Source of the DNA: Gemmatimonadaceae bacterium
GTDB lineage: Bacteria; Gemmatimonadota; Gemmatimonadetes; Gemmatimonadales; Gemmatimonadaceae
Direction: 5' to 3'
NCBI GenBank assembly: GCA_044224875.1
Contig: JBGAJQ010000049.1
Location: 1-39,564, forward strand
Length of the DNA stretch: 39,564 nucleotides
Numbering within the stretch: position 1 is the first letter of the stretch; every line of letters begins with the position of its first letter. The notes under the pieces were generated by a model. It was not told the DNA's origin, ran no database searches, and saw only the letters and a program-made list of their open reading frames with translations. The position numbers and the translations under genes are program-made. Shown piece after piece: positions 9,401-15,658 of the stretch.

Positions 9401-10920
9401 CGCGTGCGGTCGCTGCTGACGAAGTGGGGATGCCGCATCGAAGGGACCGACGCCACGAGACGCGCCGCGCCGCCGGCCGCGGCCACGACCGCCAGCTGCG
9501 CGTCCATTGGCAATGACCCCGGCGGCGCATTCAGCGACGAGGTGAGCGGCGCCGTGATGGCAACGACCCCGGTCCCATCCGGCGTCCACACCGGGTCCGC
9601 CCAGAACGCAGGCGTCGACGTCAGGCGCAACGGTTCGCCCTGACCATCCGCCCTCGCTTTCCACAGCGCACCCCCTGTTTCATCCCAGGTCACGAACGCC
9701 ACCCAGCGACCGTCCGGTGAGATCGCCGGCATGAACTCCCGCGCCCGAGTCGTGCGTGTCAAGCGATGGGGAGTGGCTGCCGTGGGACTCGTGAGCCACG
9801 CGCGGGCCAACGCTGAAAAGGCCAGCGCACCGTCAGCTCCCACGGTTACCTGTTGAATCCGGCGCGCCGATACGACGCCGCTGTCGATCCGATGTGGGAA
9901 CGCAATCGTTGGCGCCACGGCAAGGGAGACGTCCACCCGGAACGGGATCTCGACGTCAGAACCGTCGACCACACCCAAGCGATGCATTTTCCCTCGGTAG
10001 GCCGCGTAGATCCATCGTCCGTCCGGGGAGAATGCGACGTTCGGCATCACGTCGCGCGATGCGCGGGCCTCCAGCTCGTTCCGGTCGACATCGTAGGCGA
10101 GCCACCGTTCAGCACCGGTGGCGAGGTCGCGCACCTTGAGCCCGGTGCGTCCTTCTCGGACCGTACCATACACCAAGCGCGTGCCGTCACGTGAGAGCGT
10201 CGGCTTCATCGCCGGTGCACCGTCCACGTTCACTGGTATCGCGGCGCCCCCGCCAGACGGCAGCTTCATCAGGCTACTGGACGCGCCGTTGCGGCTGCCG
10301 TACGGCCGCGGCGTGACTGAGGCGAACCACACGCTGGTCCCGTCAGGCGATGGCCACGCACCGTATGGTCCGGGTGCGGGCGAGGAAACCAGCGGGGACG
10401 CCGGGCCGTTGCGATTCTCGAGGAGGCGCCGAGCCTCGCCAGTCGTCACGTCAAACGCCCACAGTTCGGCGACGCGTGCACCGTACGCGTCCACGACCGT
10501 GGCCAGAATCGATCGACCATCCGCTGACCAGGCCGGCGATAGGACGCCCGACCGTGGCAGATGCGACAGCTGACGCGCTTGCGTCCCGTCGGCCGCCGAG
10601 ATCCACACATTGTCGGAACCCGACGCATCGGAGACGTAGACCAGCTGTGCACCGTTGGGCGAGTACCTCGGTTGCGACTGAAATGCCCGGCCGGTCTGCA
10701 GCGGCACGGCGTGTCCTCCCTCCACGGGCAACGTGTAAATGTCACCCAGCAGCTCAAACGCCAGCGTGCGACCGTCGGGGCTCACGTCGAGCGATACCCA
10801 CGTCCCCTCGACCGTGGTGAAGGTGATTGCCCGCTGATCGATGGTGCCCTGACCGCTGGCGTGACATACCGGGACGGTAAGCAGTGCCGCTACGAGCGCG
10901 GCAACAAATTGTCGGTTCAT
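6451..10920 (-). CDS. Secreted fusion: PD40/TolB beta-propeller + metal-dependent amidohydrolase + beta-lactamase-family serine hydrolase
   Basis: About 1489 aa from MNRQFVAALVAALL (alternative ATG 10938). SPDG repeats; PGLIDLHAHW (about 8815-8832), YLKSY, GLEHS; then SxxK (SLGK, 7603-7614), YSN (7339-7347) and HGG. Confidence 0.9.
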   Translation of the reverse strand: MNRQFVAALVAALLTVPVCHASGQGTIDQRAITFTTVEGTWVSLDVSPDGRTLAFELLGDIYTLPVEGGHAVPLQTGRAFQSQPRYSPNGAQLVYVSDASGSDNVWISAADGTQARQLSHLPRSGVLSPAWSADGRSILATVVDAYGARVAELWAFDVTTGEARRLLENRNGPASPLVSSPAPGPYGAWPSPDGTSVWFASVTPRPYGSRNGASSSLMKLPSGGGAAIPVNVDGAPAMKPTLSRDGTRLVYGTVREGRTGLKVRDLATGAERWLAYDVDRNELEARASRDVMPNVAFSPDGRWIYAAYRGKMHRLGVVDGSDVEIPFRVDVSLAVAPTIAFPHRIDSGVVSARRIQQVTVGADGALAFSALARAWLTSPTAATPHRLTRTTRAREFMPAISPDGRWVAFVTWDETGGALWKARADGQGEPLRLTSTPAFWADPVWTPDGTGVVAITAPLTSSLNAPPGSLPMDAQLAVVAAAGGAARLVASVPSMRHPHFVSSDRTRTWLSSPNGLVSIGLERGDVREEVRLTDAAGARGGADWRASPAGDQVAVRTGVRLLRLPLTLSVPAPRAMDLAQGTTMTDSDPNDWTWDAAGRDLLWVNGSMLRRTRVADASAIDEQSLRVALPSAIATGSVVLRGATMITMRGPEVIADADLVVTNGRIVGVGTRGSFSVPAGARVFDVRGKYVMPGLIDLHAHWGPSGELLQPEGTNAFANLAFGVTTVRDPQNTSDIFGLADIIEVDQTPSPRLFSTGPGVFSTTNFQSFDQTRQALARYRDEYRTAYLKSYVVGTRQQRQWVAEASRELGITPTTEGGADTKEDLTHVMDGFAGLEHSMPDTPLHDDVVQLLARSGITNTPTLVVSFGGALPVYRLLAEERAHEDERINRWFPDGALYQRTSTRLLWFPPEDYNDGDAAASAANVLRAGGNIGLGGHGELQGVSNHWEMELLAAGGMRPDEVLRVATINGARALGLDRELGTIEVGKVADLLVLDANPLQDVRATRSVAVVMKGGALYRGGTLDKLWPEAAPLQLPWSLRRDQRPVLGNIDALVRRTMTESRIPGLALAVVRRGEVLLKKGYGVAELENRTPVTDETMFLSGSLGKQFTAAGVMALVEDGKIALDASVRRYLPEAPAPWEPITIRHLLSHRSGIPDYTSEGFDYRKDYTDADLISMSATLPLEFPAGARWNYSNTGYVLLGIVITRVTGQPYYEFLRKRIFDPAGMPTIRVITEADVVPNRAHGYVPTANGWQHATWVAPQLNTTADGSMMLSLRDLIAWNEVVRRHLVLKPESWELMMSPTSLNSGRTYPYGFGWFIGEAGGQVVQEHGGVWQGFVTQYTRFAGEDLAVIVLSNARAPAPAQLALEVAGQFNPAFAPTPPPSTPIVDPDPAATAYLRGLLAKVAAGKLELSDFAVVRQTIFPRMRAVLTAAIKDKGEPTRLELLARRDVGDDVELQYFAWFGAERFRVVVSLGPGRGLTGLRIVPATS

Positions 10921-11156
10921 TGAGGACGCCGGGGACATGAGAGGAGCTGTGCGATGGTCAGACGACGTTCGACCCGACACGTCGCCACGGCGATGTGCCA
11001 GCGATGGCGTCTCGAACCAGACGCCGAAGGCCTGGTGGTCGGTCCAGCCCTCGGGCACTCTCCGTGGTTCACATGCTTCACGAAGCGTCTCCGAGACCCG
11101 AAGCGTGTCTCGCAACACGCCGGTAGCAAGCAAGTGAACATGACGCGGGAGGGCGC

Positions 11157-11687
11157 TCAGTGTGGATCGCGACACGCTGGCGCGTCGGGCTTTGCCATGC
11201 AGCTCTGCGGATACGTGGGGACACGGAGCGAATACAGCGCTTCCTCCACAATGCCGCGACATGCCTTATCATCGAAGCGGCGCCCGCTCGTGGGCAGGAG
11301 TGAACGACCGTCCGGGAACGAACACGCACCTTCCACCGCGCCGGAGGGATCTCGAACGTCGTGCGCCACGGCGCGTGCAAGTTGGCCACCCTCGAAGTAC
11401 AGGGTCGCCAGCCGCGGCGTACGCTCCGTGTCCGCGATCCACAGGTGCTTGCACCCCGTGTACTGCTCAGCGATGCCATCGTTGCGCGGGAAGACGATCA
11501 CGACGCCGCCGGGGGAAACCGCGAGACCCGCCGATGCTGGCGGCGATGACACACGGCAATTCGGCGCGTCGCGAGGGATCAGGCTGCTCAGGGCCTCCTG
11601 TGCGTGAACGCGTGATGCATGCAACGCAAGCAGTCCGGTGGCGGTGAGCAGGGTTTGCGCCACACCGCGTACACGGCGAATGGGCAC
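11157..11687 (-). CDS. Secreted Cys-containing hypothetical protein
   Basis: GTG start directly abuts the TAA of the kinase gene (11688-11690). Signal peptide ending VHA-Q; 6 Cys in the mature part. Confidence 0.7.
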   Translation of the reverse strand: MPIRRVRGVAQTLLTATGLLALHASRVHAQEALSSLIPRDAPNCRVSSPPASAGLAVSPGGVVIVFPRNDGIAEQYTGCKHLWIADTERTPRLATLYFEGGQLARAVAHDVRDPSGAVEGACSFPDGRSLLPTSGRRFDDKACRGIVEEALYSLRVPTYPQSCMAKPDAPACRDPH

Positions 11688-14600
11688 TTACGGCGCCCGA
11701 GGATTGAGGCTCACGACGGCCACGTCCGCCTCGTCATCTACGAGGGTGAAGAACAGGTTCGCTCCATCCGTTTCGAACTCCACGCGTCGGGTACGATGCC
11801 GAGGTTCATCAAGACGAAGTAGTCGCTGCGGTGGGCCACCGGCCGTCGACACTCGCCAGTAGCTATACACGCCGCCGGAGTCACGTGTCTGAAAGAATAC
11901 ACGCGATGGATCGCGACCCCAGGCAACGAACGTGATCACTTCGGCCAGTGTCCGGCCGTCGACCAGGGTCCGCAACGGCCCACCTCCCACGGGGAACAGG
12001 GCGAGCGATCCGTCGTTCACAAGTGCCAGACTTCGCCCGTCGGGTGACCATCGTACATCCACCGTTGGCGCGGCGGTGCCAAGTCGCACCGGCGTCGACC
12101 ATCCGGGCTTTCCCTCAGCGGAACGCGACGTCACGAAGACATCCCAAGCATAGGTCACTTGCGAGCTGAAGCTGATCCGCTGCCCGTCCGGCGACCAATC
12201 GGGATAGTACTCGTTCCCCGGCAAATCCGTGATGCGCGCTTCGCCACGTCCGTCGGCGTTGACGGTGAAGAGGTCACGGGTGCCGAAGCGTCGCGAGTAG
12301 AAGACCAACTGATCGTCGTTAGGTGACCAACGCGGTTCGTAGTCCGGCGCGGAACTCGTTGTCAGCGCCACGGCGTCCCCCGTGGCGCTTGTGCCGTTGA
12401 ACGCGATCTTGAATATGTCGAGGTTGCCGTTTCGGTTCGAATCGTACGCCAGCCACTTGCCATCGTGCGAGAGCGCGATGCCCTCGATCGACTGCTTCTC
12501 CGTGGTCACCTGATGCGCTGCGGAAGGCGGAGTCATTCCGCTCGCCGCAATCGGGGCCATCCAGATGTTCGACCGCAACTGGAGCGTGCTGTAGGCCATC
12601 GCCGACCCTTCATGCGTGAGCGTGAACGTGAACACGTTGAGCCCGCTCGTCACACGTTCGACCTGACCGCTGGGTTGCCCATTCCGCTTCACGACCTGTC
12701 GATAGACGTCGCGCGACCCATCTCGATCCGAGACGAACAACACAGCGCCGCCGCCAGGCCACCACACAGGCGCTGCGTTCAGGTATGACGCATCCGTGAC
12801 CGCGACCGAGTCACCACCAGTGGCGCTCACGGTCCAGATTGAGCTGGGAGCCGCATTGCCGTACCCCGCCGACGCCGCAAATACGAGGTTCTCGACGGCG
12901 TACGCGATGCGCTTGCCGTCCGGCGACCACGACGGCGAATGCGCCTCGATCGTGTGCACGACGCGTCGCGATGCGCCTCCGGCAACCGGAATCGTCGAGA
13001 TGCCGCCCGAGTCCGAATAGGCGAGTTGAGTTCCGTCTGGCGACCACGCTGGCTGCCCACCGATTCGCCCCAAGCTGACGACGAGTCGGGGTGCGCCACC
13101 AAGTGCGGGAATCACATGAATCCCCTCGTTGGCGACGAACGCGAGTCGTGAGCCATCAGGCGACCAACGCGGCCAACGGTGATCGCCGCTCAGCCCAGTG
13201 GCGATCGACACAGGCGTTGAACCAGACACCTGCCGCACATAGAGTCGCATCTGGCCGACGTCGCCCGATGCGTAGGCCACGAACCTGCCGTCAGGTGAGA
13301 TCGCAGCGTCGAAGTTCAGGGTGTCCGGCGACCGCGTAATGTGGGTCACGGCGCCCATAACGAGGGGCTCCGGACCACGTCGCATCAGCAAACCGACAAT
13401 CACGGCCACGAGTGCGACAGCGGCAACCGCTCCCGCGATCCATGGACCTCGGCGAGGCCGCTTCGTCGCGGGTACAGCGCGGGCTCCCGACGTATAGCCT
13501 GGTACGTCGCTCAGAGCACGCGTGAAATCGATCGCCTGAGAAAAGCGATCAGCCGGCAGCTTCGCCAGCGCCGTGAGCACCGCCGCTTCGATGCCTGGAG
13601 GTACCGTATCGCGCACGGTGCGAGGCGGCACCGGCCGCTCAGTCAGCATTTTGGCTACGACCGACTGTGGCGTGGAGCCGGTGAACGGCGGATCGCCCGT
13701 GAGCATCTCGTAGGTGACCGCGCCTAACGCATACAGGTCGGCCCGGTGGTCGACGGTCCCCTTCCCCATCGCCTGCTCTGGTGCCATGTACTCCGGCGTG
13801 CCCAACGACAGACCGGCTTGCGTCGTGCGGTCGGCGCCGGCCGTTTCCGCCGCCAGCGCGATGCCGAAATCGGCCACCAGCGCATGGTCGCCTTGCAGGA
13901 GGATGTTCTCAGGCTTGATGTCGCGGTGGACGATCTTCTGCCCATGCGCGTAGGCCAGCGCGTCGGCCACCTCGCGCGCAATGCGCATCGCGTCGTCCAG
14001 CGGCAGTTGCTTCTCTCTCGTCAGGCGATCGCGGAGCGTCTCTCCCGCCACATACGGCATCACGTAGAACAGCAACGCATCCTGACCGTCGCCAACGGTG
14101 CCAGAGTCCAGCAACGGCAGGATATGCGGGTGTTGCAGCCGAGCCGTGGTCTTGATCTCGGCCAGGAATCGCTCCGGGCCTAACGCCGCCCCAAGGTCCT
14201 GATGCAGCACCTTGATCGCCACGTCGCGATCGTGCCGAACGTCGCGCGCCAGGAACACGGTGGCCATGCCGCCTGACCCGAGCTCTCGCACGATGACGTA
14301 CCGATCCCTGGGAAACTGCGCCTGCATCGCTGCGAGCGTCCGTTGCCCGGGACGCGTCGGCGCCCTGTTCCGCCCTCGATCGCGCGCACGATCGACGCCG
14401 GCATACGAATCGTGCGCGGAACGCGAGGTCTTGAGGCGGCTCATCGCCACCGCCACCACTTCTGCCGTGGACAGCTGTTCGGCAAGCGACCGGCGCAGCG
14501 GTGGCGATGACGGTACCGGCACGGAAGGTGAAGGCGATCGGACCGCTGGCGATTCGGTTGCTGCTGGCCCCGGAGTCATTCGCGCCGACGAGGCATCTGG

Positions 14601-15422
14601 CACCGCAGGATCCGCAGCCGAGGGTGATGCGGTCGTTGGCGACCCGGCATGCTGGGCTGGAGCGGAGGCTGGCGGACCCGAAGGTGTTGAAGATGAAGGG
14701 GCCAACGGCGGTGGCGCGGGCCGCTTTAGATCCTCCGCCAGCGCTTGAACGGCAGCATCGCCTGGAACCTCGAGCTCCATCTGCACCAGGCGCTCGTAGA
14801 TCTTCGCGTGCTGCACAGCGCCAGCCCGATCGCCGGCAGCGGCCATCGCCCGCATCAGGCCAAGAGCGAGCTGTCCATTGAGCGGATCGACCACCACCAG
14901 CTTCCGCCACCAACCGACGGCCCCCAGCCAGTCCCCGGAGGACTCGGCGGCTGCGGCCAGTTTCTGCAGCGCAGCGACGTACTTGTGTGCGAGCGCCGAC
15001 CGCTCGCCCTCGCTCCACAGCTCGAACTCTCCTGCTTCAGTCAGGTAGAACCCGTCGAGATATGGCCCCGCGTAGTGCGAAACCGCCGATTCAAGCTCGC
15101 CTTTCGCCAAGGCCGCGAGAAACCGAGCGCGATCGCTATCGAGGACCTCCCGATTCAGCCGGACTTCGTTGGACCCGACGAACAGGTCCTCGGACCCCAA
15201 CGACTTTCGCAGCGCGTAAAGGGCCTGAGCCAGCGCGCCGCGACCCTTCTCGAGGTCCGAGTCAGCCCAGAGATACCCCAGGAGCTTGTCGCGCGTGATG
15301 CCGCGATCCCCGGCCGCATCAACCAGTGCGAGCAAGGCGAGCCGACGCTTCTGCGACCCGGCTCCCTCGACCGGTCCGCTCTCCGCATGAATCGCGAGCC
15401 CCCCTAAAGTCCGAAGCTCCAA
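11688..15422 (-). CDS. Fusion of winged-helix/BTAD (SARP-like) regulator + Ser/Thr kinase + TM + PD40 beta-propeller
   Basis: N-term LELRTLGGL...RDKLLGYLW...ALYALRKSLG...YAGPYLDGFYL...DPLN (wHTH-BTAD), Pro/Ser/Ala linker, kinase GSGGMATV/HRDIKPENIL/DFG/GTPEYMAPEQ, TM WIAGAVAAVALVAVIVGLLM, many WSPDG repeats. Start uncertain (TTG 15422; ORF open to 15509). Confidence 0.9.
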   Translation of the reverse strand: MELRTLGGLAIHAESGPVEGAGSQKRRLALLALVDAAGDRGITRDKLLGYLWADSDLEKGRGALAQALYALRKSLGSEDLFVGSNEVRLNREVLDSDRARFLAALAKGELESAVSHYAGPYLDGFYLTEAGEFELWSEGERSALAHKYVAALQKLAAAAESSGDWLGAVGWWRKLVVVDPLNGQLALGLMRAMAAAGDRAGAVQHAKIYERLVQMELEVPGDAAVQALAEDLKRPAPPPLAPSSSTPSGPPASAPAQHAGSPTTASPSAADPAVPDASSARMTPGPAATESPAVRSPSPSVPVPSSPPLRRSLAEQLSTAEVVAVAMSRLKTSRSAHDSYAGVDRARDRGRNRAPTRPGQRTLAAMQAQFPRDRYVIVRELGSGGMATVFLARDVRHDRDVAIKVLHQDLGAALGPERFLAEIKTTARLQHPHILPLLDSGTVGDGQDALLFYVMPYVAGETLRDRLTREKQLPLDDAMRIAREVADALAYAHGQKIVHRDIKPENILLQGDHALVADFGIALAAETAGADRTTQAGLSLGTPEYMAPEQAMGKGTVDHRADLYALGAVTYEMLTGDPPFTGSTPQSVVAKMLTERPVPPRTVRDTVPPGIEAAVLTALAKLPADRFSQAIDFTRALSDVPGYTSGARAVPATKRPRRGPWIAGAVAAVALVAVIVGLLMRRGPEPLVMGAVTHITRSPDTLNFDAAISPDGRFVAYASGDVGQMRLYVRQVSGSTPVSIATGLSGDHRWPRWSPDGSRLAFVANEGIHVIPALGGAPRLVVSLGRIGGQPAWSPDGTQLAYSDSGGISTIPVAGGASRRVVHTIEAHSPSWSPDGKRIAYAVENLVFAASAGYGNAAPSSIWTVSATGGDSVAVTDASYLNAAPVWWPGGGAVLFVSDRDGSRDVYRQVVKRNGQPSGQVERVTSGLNVFTFTLTHEGSAMAYSTLQLRSNIWMAPIAASGMTPPSAAHQVTTEKQSIEGIALSHDGKWLAYDSNRNGNLDIFKIAFNGTSATGDAVALTTSSAPDYEPRWSPNDDQLVFYSRRFGTRDLFTVNADGRGEARITDLPGNEYYPDWSPDGQRISFSSQVTYAWDVFVTSRSAEGKPGWSTPVRLGTAAPTVDVRWSPDGRSLALVNDGSLALFPVGGGPLRTLVDGRTLAEVITFVAWGRDPSRVFFQTRDSGGVYSYWRVSTAGGPPQRLLRLDEPRHRTRRVEFETDGANLFFTLVDDEADVAVVSLNPRAP

Positions 15423-15545
15423 AGAGATCGCCGTTGGTTGAGAGGCTCCTGTACGCCCACGACTGCGCGAACTGCCGCGAATTGTACGACCGCCCGAAAG
15501 GGCGAGCAAGCAGTTCGAGCTGAACGACTTTGCGGTAAAACCCGG

Positions 15546-15566
15546 GCAGGTGATCTGCAGGTGATC
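15546..15566. promoter_or_regulatory. Tandem direct repeat GCAGGTGATC x2 (11-bp period), candidate wHTH/SARP binding site
   Basis: Exact 10-mers at 15546-15555 and 15557-15566 in the divergent intergenic region next to the BTAD gene. Function is inferred. Confidence 0.5.
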
Positions 15567-15612
15567 CCGCCAGAGCCCTGGGTCATGGGTGAGTGAAGGG
15601 GCCCCCGTACGA

Positions 15613-15655
15613 TCCCTCCGTCAAGCAGGGCAACCCCAAACGTTGGATGGAGGGA
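15613..15655 (+). promoter_or_regulatory. Hairpin sequestering the Shine-Dalgarno of the Ig/RCC1 gene
   Basis: TCCCTCCGTC (15613-15622) pairs with GATGGAGGGA (15646-15655, one G-U), which contains GGAGG just upstream of ATG 15659. Confidence 0.45.
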
Positions 15656-15658
15656 ATC

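Noticed and set aside
11020..11066. Glycine-riboswitch-like CGCCGAAGG
   Set aside because: It is on the strand opposite the downstream gene and lacks the correctly placed GGAGA and CTCTCAGG elements.
10921..11262. N-terminal 114-aa extension of the 1603-aa ORF
   Set aside because: It overlaps the neighbouring gene, precedes an obvious signal peptide and looks non-coding. Similar over-extended starts were trimmed at 27648, 35964, 24374 and 18459.
15480..15550. Possible c-di-GMP-I riboswitch (GAAA-capped stem)
   Set aside because: It lacks the GGCAAAC...GACGCAAAG core and a recognisable tetraloop-receptor stem.
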